From: Minisyncoccota bacterium
Lineage (GTDB): Bacteria > Patescibacteriota > Minisyncoccia > Phycocordibacterales > UBA5272
NCBI GenBank assembly: GCA_035905815.1
Contig: JAMIGE010000022.1
Span: 18,360-82,359 of the forward strand
DNA: 64,000 nt
Direction of reading: 5' to 3'
Shown here: positions 9,330 through 20,638 of the stretch, piece by piece
How the letters are laid out: every line of letters starts with the position of its first letter
How positions within the stretch are numbered: the stretch's first letter is position 1
Translations under genes and position numbers: made by a program
The notes under the pieces: generated by a model
Database searches by the model: none
Told to the model about the DNA's origin: nothing
What the model saw: the letters and a program-made list of their open reading frames with translations, nothing else

Positions 9330-11057
9330 GTGAAGCGTAATGCGTGCTATAATAATAGTAATAATATGTCTAACAACTTTGCAGATGCCAAGATACAAGC
9401 AAATCAGGCCCGACTGTACTCGGAGGAGGAGGAGAGGCTAGTACAAATACTGTCTGATAAATATGAATTGCCGTATATTGACCTACGAGGCACTGCGGCA
9501 GAGCCAGATGCTTTGAAAGAGGTGGATGAAGTGCGAGCAAGGAAGGCACTGGTAGGGGCTTTTAAAAAGGTAGGAAAAACTATACATGTGCTGATACGTG
9601 ATCCAGAAAGTGTTGAGATGAAGTCTATACTAGTAGAGCTGCAAAAGTCCCTCGGTGAGCAGCCAATAGTGTATATTGGTAGCTTAAGCAGCTTAGAACA
9701 TATATGGTCGCGATACGGAGACCTAGAGAAGATAAATAATGTAGAAAGGGGTGCGCTCGACCTTGGCGGTGAACATTTAAATAATTTACTAAAGGACGTC
9801 AAAACGATGGCAGACTTTCAGAAAATAATAGAAGTATCTGTCGCAAATGAAAAGCAAAATCGAACTACTAAAATAATTGAACTATGTATTGGGGGTGCGC
9901 TCTTTTTCCAAGCTAGTGATGTGCATATAGAGCCCGAGGAGGAGCTAGTGAGATTCAGATATAGGCTAGACGGTATGCTAAGCGATGTATTCTTTACTGA
10001 TATTAGCACATACAAGCTAATTAATAGTAGATTTAAATTAATGAGTGGAATGAAAATTAGCTCTACTAGCAAAGCTCAAGACGGCAGATTCACAATCGAG
10101 CGAGATACAGGAGACATCGAGGTACGCGTATCACTAGTACCAGGATCACATGGTGAAAGCTTTGTGATGAGACTACTAGATCCAGGTACTGCGAATGTAG
10201 ACTTTGATGCGCTTGGCATGAATGAGTGGGTAAAGGGTGCAGCGCTGAAAGCCATACAAAAGCCTAATGGAATGATATTAACAACTGGTCCGACTGGGTC
10301 AGGTAAGTCCACCACCCTATACTCTTTTATTAAGAAAATATATACCCCAGCAATTAAGATAATAACAATTGAAGACCCAGTAGAATATCATTTAGAAGGG
10401 ATAACTCAGACACCAGCCAGTAAAGACTACGGCTTCATAGAAGGCCTACGCGCTGCGCTGCGTCAAGATCCTGATGTTATAATGATAGGAGAAATACGCG
10501 ACGAGGATACAGCCAAAGTAGCCGCCAACGCGGCACTAACCGGACATCTAGTACTGTCTACACTACATACCAATAATGCATTCGGTGCCATACCTAGACT
10601 ACTAGACCTAGGAGCTAATCCCAAAACTATAGGTAATGCTCTCAGCCTTTCTATTGCGCAGAGACTGTGCAGAAGGCTGTGCCCGGAATGTAAAATAGCG
10701 CGCGATACAACTGAGTCTGAATCTCGTAAAATAAATAATATAATAGGGGAAAGTATAGTAGCTAATAAGCCATTCCTAAACAAGGCCGAGCCGAAGTATA
10801 ATATATACGAGGCTAATTTAGATGGATGTAGTGAATGCCACGCTGGATATCGTGGTAGAGTTGGAATATACGAGGCATTCTATATGACTAATGAATTAAA
10901 TAATTTCATTAATAGCAATCCATCTGAATATGAAATCAAAGAAGCGACTAAAGGACAAGGCCTACCTACACTTGCCGAGGATGCTGTGATGAAAATATTA
11001 GCAGGACTAACAAGCATAGAAGAAGCCGAGAGAGTTGTAGAGCTAACTACTTTATAA
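9330..11057 (+). CDS. pilB: type IV pilus / type II secretion ATPase, PilB/GspE family
   Basis: Walker A GPTGSGKSTT, the DPDVIMIGEIRD motif, a tetracysteine motif CxxC...CxxC, and a GspE-N-like N-terminal domain. Confidence 0.85.
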   Translation: MKRNACYNNSNNMSNNFADAKIQANQARLYSEEEERLVQILSDKYELPYIDLRGTAAEPDALKEVDEVRARKALVGAFKKVGKTIHVLIRDPESVEMKSILVELQKSLGEQPIVYIGSLSSLEHIWSRYGDLEKINNVERGALDLGGEHLNNLLKDVKTMADFQKIIEVSVANEKQNRTTKIIELCIGGALFFQASDVHIEPEEELVRFRYRLDGMLSDVFFTDISTYKLINSRFKLMSGMKISSTSKAQDGRFTIERDTGDIEVRVSLVPGSHGESFVMRLLDPGTANVDFDALGMNEWVKGAALKAIQKPNGMILTTGPTGSGKSTTLYSFIKKIYTPAIKIITIEDPVEYHLEGITQTPASKDYGFIEGLRAALRQDPDVIMIGEIRDEDTAKVAANAALTGHLVLSTLHTNNAFGAIPRLLDLGANPKTIGNALSLSIAQRLCRRLCPECKIARDTTESESRKINNIIGESIVANKPFLNKAEPKYNIYEANLDGCSECHAGYRGRVGIYEAFYMTNELNNFINSNPSEYEIKEATKGQGLPTLAEDAVMKILAGLTSIEEAERVVELTTL

Positions 11058-11162
11058 TTAATTATGTGCCAGCGATATATTTTATATAGTGATATATTTT
11101 ATTTCGCATAAGCTAGGCACAACATGAACACGCCAACAGAATAAGACGCTGAACCAAAAATT

Positions 11163-11188
11163 AAACGCGACCCTAGGGTCGCGTTTGG
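11163..11188. terminator. bidirectional terminator hairpin (acgcgaccc-tag-ggtcgcgt) between the convergent pilB and 11201 gene
   Basis: Perfect 9-bp stem flanked by A- and T-tracts. Confidence 0.6.
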
Positions 11189-11200
11189 TTTGCTAATGAG

Positions 11201-11992
11201 CTAAGCCTGCAGAGCTTCTCTACTCTGCCTCGCTAGCCTTGCCAAAGTACTAGCGAATCGCTGCACATCCTTGGCACTGCCATGGTTTGGATGCTGGCTA
11301 CAAATTTTCCACAAAGTACCACTAAGTATGAGGTCGCTTTCGGACTCCTGGTCGGCATATCTAGCCAATACTTCCGCTTTAGATAATTGGCCGCGGGCGA
11401 CCGCCGACTGTACAGCTTCGTCTTTGTCCCTCACCACAGAGAGTACTTGAGAAAGTTGAACAGTGCACTCGTGACTCAGCCTCTCAAAGAAGCTAGCCAT
11501 TGCGCACTCTAGCAGTATGACTTGGTCAGATCGCGCAGCAGCGATATCGAGCACCTTTGCTACGACCTTACCAATCACATAGTCATAGGTAATGTTGTCC
11601 CAGACTTTCGAAAGACCAGATTTGCGCTTATCAAAATATGCTTGGCGCAGCTTGGCTTTATCAATACGTACCCGGGCAGACAAGGAATTACTATCCAAGT
11701 CATATCCAGTATGCCGCATCAATGTGTTGGCATGCAGCACCAACTCCGAACCAAATACTCGAATGGCTTGAGGCGTGAGATCCCCGCCTTGGCCCAGGGC
11801 GCATCCGATAATTTCATCCACCGATACGTGAACAAAATTGGTGTTAGCACTTGCCGCGCTTTTACACAGATAGCTTTTGCCGCTACCTATGTATCCTGTT
11901 ACGCCAATAATTGTGACCCTGTGCATAAGGTCCCAAAGTGGCACAGGCCTTACCGCGCCCACTACTATATCACCAGTTTCGATACCAGGCAT
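11201..11992 (-). CDS. P-loop NTPase, putative nucleotide/nucleoside kinase-like (dephospho-CoA-kinase-like Walker A), GC-rich
   Basis: IIGVTGYIGSGKSY Walker A at the N-terminus, 263 aa, about 53% GC. Family assignment is uncertain. Confidence 0.45.
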   Translation of the reverse strand: MPGIETGDIVVGAVRPVPLWDLMHRVTIIGVTGYIGSGKSYLCKSAASANTNFVHVSVDEIIGCALGQGGDLTPQAIRVFGSELVLHANTLMRHTGYDLDSNSLSARVRIDKAKLRQAYFDKRKSGLSKVWDNITYDYVIGKVVAKVLDIAAARSDQVILLECAMASFFERLSHECTVQLSQVLSVVRDKDEAVQSAVARGQLSKAEVLARYADQESESDLILSGTLWKICSQHPNHGSAKDVQRFASTLARLARQSREALQA

Positions 11993-12190
11993 GTTTTGCT
12001 CCTAAATTAATTTGTACAAAGTATTCCCAAATGGGGCTGAACGTACTCTAACATACAGTAATAGTTTTGTAAAGTAATTTGTTTTGAATGTATATATCTC
12101 CAAACAACCCCTTGGTGAAGAACCTTTCAAAAATAAGGATAATCGCAGGTAGGACAAGCCAGCCACAACGTCCTCTCCTATAGAATAGAT

Positions 12191-12205
12191 GGGATCTAGG
12201 ATCCC
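12191..12205. promoter_or_regulatory. 15-bp perfect palindrome gggatctaggatccc in the divergent kinase/dnaE intergenic region
   Basis: Seen directly in the sequence. It is a candidate operator site. Confidence 0.3.
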
Positions 12206-12360
12206 GATTGTTTAGAGATATATATATTCAATGTACGATTTAGTGTCTATAACAGATGTAATAATTTGTCAATATTTACTAACGCTCTATGAGTATAGCA
12301 GGTTTAAATCTTTTGTCAAGCCCCTACCTGGCGTGCTATAATATATACATTATTACGATC

Positions 12361-15300
12361 ATGTCTAGCTATATACCACTACGGGCACATACGCACTACT
12401 CTCTCTTGTCTGCCCTGCCACAAATGCCAGACATTGTGAAGAAAGCTGCAGAATATGGATACACTGCGATGGCTATAACTGATACCAATAATCTATATGG
12501 ATGTATAGAGTTTTACAAAGAGTGCAAGAAGAAAAACATCAAGCCAATATTAGCTACTGAAATAATAATTAACTATGGAGGGATTAATTATCCAGTTGCA
12601 TTTTACGCCAAAAATGAAGACGGGTACAGGAAGCTGCTAAAGCTAGTGAGCCACGCACAGCTAAGCGACTATATACACCCGCACATTATAGAGTCCGACA
12701 TTGCAAATCTGCTAGCCGATCAAATGACAAGTCAAAGTGTAATAGCAAGCGCCCAGCGTGTTAAAATTTTAGATGCATTATCTAAATACATTCATAATGA
12801 CGATATGTATTTAGAGCTTACCAAGCAAGCTATAGATGAGAACAACACAGAAGTACTTAGTAATACCAAATACAAGCTACTACCTACACAGCATTCTAGA
12901 TATCTAAGTATTAATGATAAAGAAGCACATCGCGTCATAGTCAATGTGCATTCAGATGAGGAAAGTGAGGAGAAATATAAGTCAGAGTACAAGCCGTATG
13001 ATTTACACTTCCTATCCCCCACTACTGCTGACGAATGGTTTGCAGGATATACTGCAGCCATGGAGAATTGTAAGGAAATTGAAAACAAATGTAATGTAGA
13101 GCTAGTCCTCGGCAAATGGTATTTCCCAAAAATTGAAACACGAGTATCACCGGAATCAGACCTGCGTGAGCTAGTCTATAAAGGTATATTAGATAGAGGT
13201 CTAGACCCAAATGACCCCGCATTACTAGAAAGGGTTGAATATGAATTATCTGTAATTTGCGAAAAGGGTTTTGCAGTTTACTTTTTAGTAGTATACGACC
13301 TGCTGCGCTATGCCAGAGAAAATAAAATACTAACCAATATTAGAGGCTCGGTAGCGGGATCAATGGTTACATACTTACTCAGAATTACCAAATGTAATCC
13401 ATTTACATATAAGCTACCATTCGAAAGATTCCTCAACAGGGAGAGGCCGTCAGCGCCAGATATAGACATGGACTATGCTGATGATAGGCGTGATGAGGTG
13501 CTAAATTACACCCGTCAAAAGTATGGCAAGCAAAATGTTGCCCAGATCGGAACATTCGGTGCTATGCTAGCACGCGGGGCTGTACGTGATGTGGCGCGCG
13601 CGCTCAAATACCCATATATAGTCGGAGACAGAATATCCAGAATGATACCGCCACCCAGACAAGGATTCCCTGTGACAATAGATATGGCATTAGAAGAAGT
13701 GCCAGAGCTCAAAGAGATGTATGACTCTGACCGCGAGACAATGCATATTATAGATATGAGTAAGAAAGTAGAAGGCTGTGTCAGACATATATCAGTGCAC
13801 GCTGCAGGTACTGTGATAGCCCCTAGCGCAGTGTCAGACTTTGCGCCAATACAATGGGACCCCAAAGGTGAGAAGATAATTACCCAATACGAAATGAATG
13901 CCGTAGGAGAAGACAATGTGGGACTACTAAAATACGACTTCTTAGGCATTAGGAATCTGTCGATATTAGCGACTGCGATTGAAAATGTAAAAGAGGAATA
14001 TAATGTGGATATAGATATAGAAGAAGTGCCAGTTGATGACCCAAAGACTTTTGCAATGCTATCGCGAGGGGAAACTGTGGGACTGTTCCAGCTTAATGGT
14101 AGTGGTATGACCAAATTCCTCAAAGAGCTAAAGCCCTCGACCATATATGATATCAACGCTATGGTGGCTCTGTATCGCCCTGGCCCACTAGAAATGATAC
14201 CCGAGTATATCAAGCGTAAGCACAATCCAGAGCTAGTATCATACCTAGACAAAAGGCTAGAGCCGATACTAGATCAAAGCTTTGGGGTGATAGTATATCA
14301 GGATGATGTGATGTTAACAGCTATACATCTGGCGGGGTATTCCTGGCTAGAGGCAGATAAGCTGCGCAAAGCTATGGGTAAGAAAATACCCGAAGAAATG
14401 CAAGCCCAGAAAATTAAACTTTTCAAAGGATTCAAAGAGAATGGACTAAGCGATAACAAAATCAATACCCTATGGGAGCAAATCGAACCCTTTGCAGCGT
14501 ATGGGTTTAACAAAGCCCACGCTGCCAGCTATGGCCGCGTTGCGTATCAAACAGCATACATGAAGGCGAATTATCCATACGCCTACATGACAGCAGTGCT
14601 AACTCATGAATCAGGTGACGTAGAGAAAATAAATGAAATCGTGGCCGAGTGCAAGCGTATGGGCATACATGTACTGCCGCCTAATATTAACTTTTCAAAT
14701 ACTAATTTTAGCATTGTGAAGAATGCAAACACTAGCGGACAATTAGAAGAAGAAATACGCTTTGGACTTTTAACTGTTAAAAACTTAGGGCATGATATAG
14801 CCGATGCAATAGTAGACGAGCGTAATAAAAATGGTAAGTATAAATCTCTGGAGGACTTTTTAGAAAGGGTAAAGCATAAGAATCTAAACAAAAAGTCTTT
14901 AGAAGCGCTTACTATGTGTGGTGCACTGGACGACTTTGCAGAGCGCGGAGTAATACTCGCCAATAGCGAAGCCATCTTAGACTATCACAAGACTTTTGTA
15001 AAGGACAGCACAGCTCAAGACTCACTATTCGCCGGACTATCAGATGACAGCCACAAAAACATCACTCTAAAGCCTGCCCCACCAATAGACATCACCACCA
15101 AACTAAAGTGGGAGCGCGAGCTGCTTGGGCTCTATGTATCTGGATTCCCACTGGACCCATGGAAAGAGAAAATATTAGCCAGGTCAGTAAACATTCTAGC
15201 AGTATTAGAAGAGATAAGTGACGGCACCGAGGTCAACATCCCTGCACTTGTAGAATCGGTCAAAGTTACCAAGACTAAAAAGGGTGACCGTATGGCGCTA

Positions 15301-15471
15301 GTGAATCTACGCGACTACACAGGTAGCTTTGAAGTGGCAGTCTTCCCTGAGTCGTATTTGAAATTCAAAGACTATTGCAAGGCTGATATGATTGTAGTAG
15401 TACGCGGCAAAGTCAGCAGTAGAAATGGTACCAAGACTCTGGTGGTAGATGACATGAAAGAGTTGAAGTAG
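12361..15471 (+). CDS. dnaE: DNA polymerase III alpha subunit
   Basis: Start taken at MSSYIPLRAHTHYSLL (PHP domain HxH). GAVRDVARALKY and FGLLTVKNLG motifs, plus an OB fold at the C-terminus. The ORF-track start at 12289 is probably too far upstream. Confidence 0.9.
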   Translation: MSSYIPLRAHTHYSLLSALPQMPDIVKKAAEYGYTAMAITDTNNLYGCIEFYKECKKKNIKPILATEIIINYGGINYPVAFYAKNEDGYRKLLKLVSHAQLSDYIHPHIIESDIANLLADQMTSQSVIASAQRVKILDALSKYIHNDDMYLELTKQAIDENNTEVLSNTKYKLLPTQHSRYLSINDKEAHRVIVNVHSDEESEEKYKSEYKPYDLHFLSPTTADEWFAGYTAAMENCKEIENKCNVELVLGKWYFPKIETRVSPESDLRELVYKGILDRGLDPNDPALLERVEYELSVICEKGFAVYFLVVYDLLRYARENKILTNIRGSVAGSMVTYLLRITKCNPFTYKLPFERFLNRERPSAPDIDMDYADDRRDEVLNYTRQKYGKQNVAQIGTFGAMLARGAVRDVARALKYPYIVGDRISRMIPPPRQGFPVTIDMALEEVPELKEMYDSDRETMHIIDMSKKVEGCVRHISVHAAGTVIAPSAVSDFAPIQWDPKGEKIITQYEMNAVGEDNVGLLKYDFLGIRNLSILATAIENVKEEYNVDIDIEEVPVDDPKTFAMLSRGETVGLFQLNGSGMTKFLKELKPSTIYDINAMVALYRPGPLEMIPEYIKRKHNPELVSYLDKRLEPILDQSFGVIVYQDDVMLTAIHLAGYSWLEADKLRKAMGKKIPEEMQAQKIKLFKGFKENGLSDNKINTLWEQIEPFAAYGFNKAHAASYGRVAYQTAYMKANYPYAYMTAVLTHESGDVEKINEIVAECKRMGIHVLPPNINFSNTNFSIVKNANTSGQLEEEIRFGLLTVKNLGHDIADAIVDERNKNGKYKSLEDFLERVKHKNLNKKSLEALTMCGALDDFAERGVILANSEAILDYHKTFVKDSTAQDSLFAGLSDDSHKNITLKPAPPIDITTKLKWERELLGLYVSGFPLDPWKEKILARSVNILAVLEEISDGTEVNIPALVESVKVTKTKKGDRMALVNLRDYTGSFEVAVFPESYLKFKDYCKADMIVVVRGKVSSRNGTKTLVVDDMKELK

Positions 15472-15497
15472 CCAAACTTTATTTTAGCAATATATCT

Positions 15498-18227
15498 CTA
15501 CCCCACAACCCCCTCTTGGGTACTGATCATACTGGATGCTACGCTGCGGGATTTGCCCTTGCCTTCGACTGATAGCTCTCCTTTCTTTATAGACACTGTG
15601 ACTATGCCGCCCTTTTCAAACTTGCGACTAATGATCATGTTAGCAACCACATTTAATATATTAGATTGTATATACCTCTTAACCGGTCTAGCGCCATAAT
15701 GCGGATCGTAAGACACTTTAGCAATATGCTCTATGGCCTCGGCAGACACATTAAGTGTGATGTCGCGATCAGACAGCCTATCTGCTGCATGCTGTACTTG
15801 TAGAGCGACGATACTTTCTACTTCTTCTTTCTTCAGTACATCAAAGATAATAATATCATCTAATCTATTTAGGAATTCAGGCTTGAAAAAGTCTTTGAGA
15901 GCACCCTTCACATTGTCTTTGATCTTGTTATAGTCATCTGTCGCCCCTACACCCGTACCGAATCCAAAGCCTTGCATCTTCTGTACATAATTACTACCGA
16001 TATTACTTGTCATGACTATGATAGAGTTTTTAAAGTTAGCAACCCTACCCTTATTATCAGTCAGCTTGCCTTCGTCTAATACTTGCAAAAGCAAATTGAA
16101 AACTTCTGGATGCGCCTTCTCTACCTCATCGAACAGTATCACGCTATATGGCCTATGCCTAACGGCTTCGGTCAGCATGCCGCTCTCATCATAGCCCACA
16201 TACCCAGCTGGCGATCCTATCATTTTACTTATGCTATGCTTTTCCATATACTCACTCATGTCTATTTTAATCAGCGACTTCTCATCATCGAACATGAATT
16301 CTGCCAAAGCCTTAGTTAGTTCAGTCTTACCTACACCAGTAGGACCCAGGAACATGAATGACCCAATAGGGCGATTAGGATCAGATACTCCAGCGCGGGC
16401 GCGGCGTACGGCCTCGGATACTTTTTTAATTGCATCTGACTGACCGATTACTCTTTTATTCAGCTCGGACTCCATACTCATTAGTCTGTCCTGCTCTTCT
16501 TCTAGCATTTTATTAAGTGGTATGCCGGTAGACTTGGATATAACTGCTGCTATATCCTCCTCTGTCACCTCTTCGTCCAGCACCCTCCTAGACTTTTGCA
16601 TTTTCTTAAGCTTGTCCACTCTTGTATCTATCTCTTTCTGTAGCGCCGGTATATGTCCATAGCGTATTTCAGCTACCTTGGCCAAGTCGCCAGCCATTTG
16701 CGCATTGTCGGATTCTAATCTTAGGCCTTCTATTTTCTTACGCATGTCTCCGATTTCGCTTAGGAAAGTCTTCTCTGTGCTCCACCTTAATTCTAAGTCA
16801 TGTACCTTCTCTTTGGTATCTGCTATCTCTGACTCTATTTCGTGTAGGCGCTTTTCTGCTGGCTTGTCTTTGCCTCCGTGGGCGATTAGCTCTTTATTGA
16901 GCGCTTCCCTTTCGATTTCTAGCCTCATAATTTTCCTATGTGCCTCTTCTAATACCGGAGGCTTATTCTCCAGTGCTATACGTAGTGCGGATGCGGCTTC
17001 ATCTATTAGGTCAATCGCCTTGTCGGGCAAATATCTGCTAGTTATATATCTGGTGGACAAATTCACACTAGCCAATATTGCATCATCAGTAATTCTGACT
17101 CCGTGATATAACTCATACTTTTCTTTAAGCCCACGCAGTATTGCAATTGTATCCTCTGGTGACGGCTCTTCTACGAAAATGGTCTGGAATCTTCTTGTAA
17201 GAGCTGAATCCTTCTCTATATACTTCTGATACTCTTTTAAAGTTGTGGCGCCGATCACTCTAATAGTACCACGCGAAAGTGCAGGCTTTAGCATGTTGGC
17301 CGCATCAGCAGTACCCTCCGAGCCTCCCGCCCCTACTATTGTATGCAGCTCGTCGATAAACATATATACCCTCCCTTCGCTAGCCTCTATCTCTTTCATT
17401 ATATTCTTCAGCCTCTCTTCGAATTCACCTCTATATTTAGTGCCAGCAATTAGCATGCCCAAATCCAAAGACACTAATTCTTTATCTTTTAAACTTTCTG
17501 GCACGTCACCCTTGGCAATACGTATAGCTAGACCCTCTACCACCGCAGTTTTACCCGTACCAGCCTCACCAATTAATAGTGGATTATTCTTAGTCCTTCT
17601 AGAAAGTATCTGCATGAGCCTCATTATTTCTTTATCCCTACCTATTACTGGGTCCAGCTTATCCTCGCGAGCCAATTGTGTAAAGTTACGTGTAAATTTA
17701 GCCAGCGCATTAGTCTTCCTACCTTGTGGCTGGGCGGGCGCCCCTGTCTTGCGCAAGTCTTCTAGCATTTGCACTGCATCATCTTTGCTAATTTTAAATC
17801 TAGACAATACATTTTGCAATTCATTAACTGGCAGTAAAGTTATAAAAATATGCTCAGTATTTACGAATTCATCGTGCAGCGAATGGGCAAACTTTACCGA
17901 TTCTTCTAGCGCCGCTGCCAGCTCGCTAGTCATATACATTTGATAACTAGGAGCAAGAGTGTTACTACCGCCACGCACATCTATCTCTTCTATTACTGTG
18001 TCTATAAAAAGGTTAATATCCACACCCATTTTCTCTAATAGGCTATATATCACAGAATCATCCATTGTAACTAGCGCCGCCATCATGTGTGCACTGTTAA
18101 CATTGTTCTGCCCCCTCTCTACAGCTATCTCATGAGACCTACGTATTGCATCCCTTGCCCTCGTGGTAAAGAATTGAAAAGGGTTAGAATTGCCACCATT
18201 ATTTTGATTGTTGTTTTGTCCATTCAT
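15498..18227 (-). CDS. clpB: ATP-dependent chaperone ClpB
   Basis: Two AAA+ modules (GEAGTGKTA and GPTGVGKTE) separated by a long coiled-coil M-domain. 909 aa, with an N-terminal Clp_N domain. Confidence 0.9.
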   Translation of the reverse strand: MNGQNNNQNNGGNSNPFQFFTTRARDAIRRSHEIAVERGQNNVNSAHMMAALVTMDDSVIYSLLEKMGVDINLFIDTVIEEIDVRGGSNTLAPSYQMYMTSELAAALEESVKFAHSLHDEFVNTEHIFITLLPVNELQNVLSRFKISKDDAVQMLEDLRKTGAPAQPQGRKTNALAKFTRNFTQLAREDKLDPVIGRDKEIMRLMQILSRRTKNNPLLIGEAGTGKTAVVEGLAIRIAKGDVPESLKDKELVSLDLGMLIAGTKYRGEFEERLKNIMKEIEASEGRVYMFIDELHTIVGAGGSEGTADAANMLKPALSRGTIRVIGATTLKEYQKYIEKDSALTRRFQTIFVEEPSPEDTIAILRGLKEKYELYHGVRITDDAILASVNLSTRYITSRYLPDKAIDLIDEAASALRIALENKPPVLEEAHRKIMRLEIEREALNKELIAHGGKDKPAEKRLHEIESEIADTKEKVHDLELRWSTEKTFLSEIGDMRKKIEGLRLESDNAQMAGDLAKVAEIRYGHIPALQKEIDTRVDKLKKMQKSRRVLDEEVTEEDIAAVISKSTGIPLNKMLEEEQDRLMSMESELNKRVIGQSDAIKKVSEAVRRARAGVSDPNRPIGSFMFLGPTGVGKTELTKALAEFMFDDEKSLIKIDMSEYMEKHSISKMIGSPAGYVGYDESGMLTEAVRHRPYSVILFDEVEKAHPEVFNLLLQVLDEGKLTDNKGRVANFKNSIIVMTSNIGSNYVQKMQGFGFGTGVGATDDYNKIKDNVKGALKDFFKPEFLNRLDDIIIFDVLKKEEVESIVALQVQHAADRLSDRDITLNVSAEAIEHIAKVSYDPHYGARPVKRYIQSNILNVVANMIISRKFEKGGIVTVSIKKGELSVEGKGKSRSVASSMISTQEGVVG

Positions 18228-18267
18228 ATTGGCATTATAACATAATCATTTGAAAATATAAAAGTAA

Positions 18268-18292
18268 AATCCCGAAGCCTTCGCCTCGGGAT
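18268..18292 (-). terminator. intrinsic terminator hairpin 3' of the 18320 gene
   Basis: atcccgaag...cctcgggat stem followed by a minus-strand T-tract. Confidence 0.5.
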
Positions 18293-18319
18293 TATTCTAT
18301 TTAAAGTTAATTATACAGC

Positions 18320-19093
18320 CTATTTCTTGACGGCTGCGTGCTTGTGCAAAAGTCTGAACTCATAAGGAGAAACCTCGAATTCATACACTCCGCAATTATG
18401 AGGACTTCTCAGGTTCTTAGCCTCCATGATGGTCATGTCGGAGGCTAGCCGCTCGGAAGCCATCATGTATCCGCTATGTGTGAACAGTATCACAGTGTCG
18501 ACACCCGAGAACTCATGACAATACTTACGCACCAATACTCGCATAGTCTCTTGCACTCGTGATTCGCATGACTGTATGCTTTCACCGTCGCCTTCAAAGG
18601 TATACGGATTCCGCTCCCATGTTAATTCACGATCGGGATACTGCTGATGCAGCTCTTCCCTTGTGGTGAAAATTGCAGGACCTGATAATTTTTCTCTTAT
18701 CAGCTCGCCGATTTGTCCATCGTATTTCATGCACGGCTCTAGCGCCCATCCACTGCAAGCTTCCACCATTGTTTGGCGTGCCCTTACCATATTGGATGAG
18801 TACACCACAACATTGTCTGCCAGATATTTCTGGTCGCCCACTAGTAGTTCCATAATAGCGCTACGTACACCATTTGCCTGCTGTACACCAGCTCCGGTTA
18901 GGGGGAAGTGCCACTCATTAGGCCAAAGCGCTTTCAGTAATTCCTTATGCTCTTTCGGGGCGAAATAATTTCCTAAAGTGTTGCCAGTACTTTCGCCATG
19001 GCGCACCATTACGACGCGCAAAGATTTTGTTTCTGTTACTGGGTCCTTGGCGGCATCACACGCCGCCCTCACTTGTGCAATAGTATCAAGCAT
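18320..19093 (-). CDS. histidine phosphatase (phosphoglycerate mutase-like) family protein, GC-rich
   Basis: VVMVRHGESTGN near the N-terminus (RHGE signature) and a conserved His late in the protein (LFTHSG). Confidence 0.6.
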   Translation of the reverse strand: MLDTIAQVRAACDAAKDPVTETKSLRVVMVRHGESTGNTLGNYFAPKEHKELLKALWPNEWHFPLTGAGVQQANGVRSAIMELLVGDQKYLADNVVVYSSNMVRARQTMVEACSGWALEPCMKYDGQIGELIREKLSGPAIFTTREELHQQYPDRELTWERNPYTFEGDGESIQSCESRVQETMRVLVRKYCHEFSGVDTVILFTHSGYMMASERLASDMTIMEAKNLRSPHNCGVYEFEVSPYEFRLLHKHAAVKK

Positions 19094-19104
19094 TTCAGGC
19101 CTTC

Positions 19105-19911
19105 CTAATATAGCAAATCTGCATCAGAGTAAGTTTTGAATTTAATTGGGCGCCAATCATGCGATGCCTTGGTAGTATCACCAGCAGCTATCAGTCTGAC
19201 AGCTGTAAAGTGTGGCTGCATCTGCATTGTGACAAGATCCATCCTTGTGTATTGGACAATAGAGCAGTTCCCGACTTCGCGACCTTTGTCGCTAGAGTAC
19301 TCTTTGAACTCTGCCTGAGTCATGCGCTCCAATATGCATTGCATCATTTCAATAACTTCGCCATGAGCCACCACAATGACATCTTTGCCATCATGAGTAC
19401 GATGTAAAGTATCGAAAAAGCTACGAATACGAACCTCGAGATCAATTAGCCTTTCTCCATCAATTGGTCTCCAGAAAATCATTGCCTGCAATCGCTTTGC
19501 AATCACCTCTGCATACTTTTTGACTCTTTTCCCATGAGGCATGGAATCCATGAGGCCCCAATCTCGCTCGACAATAAGCCGATTGATTTTCCATCGGCCA
19601 GCATTTAGGGCCATGTGGCTAGCTGTCTGCCGAGTACGCACAAATTCCGAGACGAAAAGTCCATCAAATTCCCGCGACCCGATACCCGTGTTTAGAAAGT
19701 TCTCTCGTATCCATTGCCCTGCTCTCTTTGCCTGCTCGACACCTCTCTCTGTCAAAGCCCAATTAGAGCTATGAACTTTTAAGAACTCGTTGGTAAAGTG
19801 TGAATCATCTCCCTTTCGCGATTTACGATTCGCTACATTTCCTTCGCTTTCTCCGTGTCTAACCAGGAGCAGATGCCTAGGCATTCCCGTTTTCATTTTA
19901 CTTCCTTTCAA
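19105..19911 (-). CDS. histidine phosphatase (phosphoglycerate mutase-like) family protein, GC-rich paralog
   Basis: LLLVRHGESEGN near the N-terminus and VVAHGE late in the protein. It lies in tandem with the 18320 gene. Confidence 0.65.
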   Translation of the reverse strand: MKGSKMKTGMPRHLLLVRHGESEGNVANRKSRKGDDSHFTNEFLKVHSSNWALTERGVEQAKRAGQWIRENFLNTGIGSREFDGLFVSEFVRTRQTASHMALNAGRWKINRLIVERDWGLMDSMPHGKRVKKYAEVIAKRLQAMIFWRPIDGERLIDLEVRIRSFFDTLHRTHDGKDVIVVAHGEVIEMMQCILERMTQAEFKEYSSDKGREVGNCSIVQYTRMDLVTMQMQPHFTAVRLIAAGDTTKASHDWRPIKFKTYSDADLLY

Positions 19912-20167
19912 TTCAAGATTTCACAAGATAGCACATTCAATGTGCAACTATCTACACACTAACATTTAGATAATTTAGTGTCAAATGATTCATATCAGTC
20001 TACCTCCTGCCCTAGCCGCATAATGGCTTCTACTCTAACAGCACAATTACTAGTAGGCATATCCAGTGCTTCTTTACATATTCTACCAATTATAGTATTC
20101 TGTGTTAAGTTTGATTCTAGGGACTATGTACTAGAATTATTGATTAACTTTTCCAAAGGGGAAATAT

Positions 20168-20638
20168 ATGCTGTTCTTTGATTTTCTGATCGCATTTGTC
20201 GCGCGCATTTGGTATTACTTTATGCGCAAGGGCCTGCGCCGCAAACCTACATTAGTGAAGCTTACAATCTTGTCACTTTTAGTTGAAATTTCTTTCTGGT
20301 GTATGCTCTCTATTTTTTTATTTCAAAAATCTGAAATGTGGGCAAGTGTACTCGCCACAATCATTATTGTATTTTTGCTTTTTCTTTTGATTTGCGTATA
20401 CGTGTCATATTCGCTACAAATCTCTATTGGTTGCATGAACTCATACGCACAAAATAAAAAAGCTTTTATGATGGGCTTCTTAATTCTTTGCCTGCTTATT
20501 TTTAGTATTTATTTTTGGGGTTTAAACATATTTACTATCTATGCAGGAGTTGTAACTGCAATAGGATGCATTATATCCGTCGGGAACATGCTTCCGGATG
20601 GCCGCCTAAGAAGAAAGAAGATAAGAAGGCAGTTGTGA
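20168..20638 (+). CDS. hypothetical small membrane protein (4 TM)
   Basis: 156 aa, hydrophobic, with a basic C-terminal tail RLRRKKIRRQL. Confidence 0.4.
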   Translation: MLFFDFLIAFVARIWYYFMRKGLRRKPTLVKLTILSLLVEISFWCMLSIFLFQKSEMWASVLATIIIVFLLFLLICVYVSYSLQISIGCMNSYAQNKKAFMMGFLILCLLIFSIYFWGLNIFTIYAGVVTAIGCIISVGNMLPDGRLRRKKIRRQL

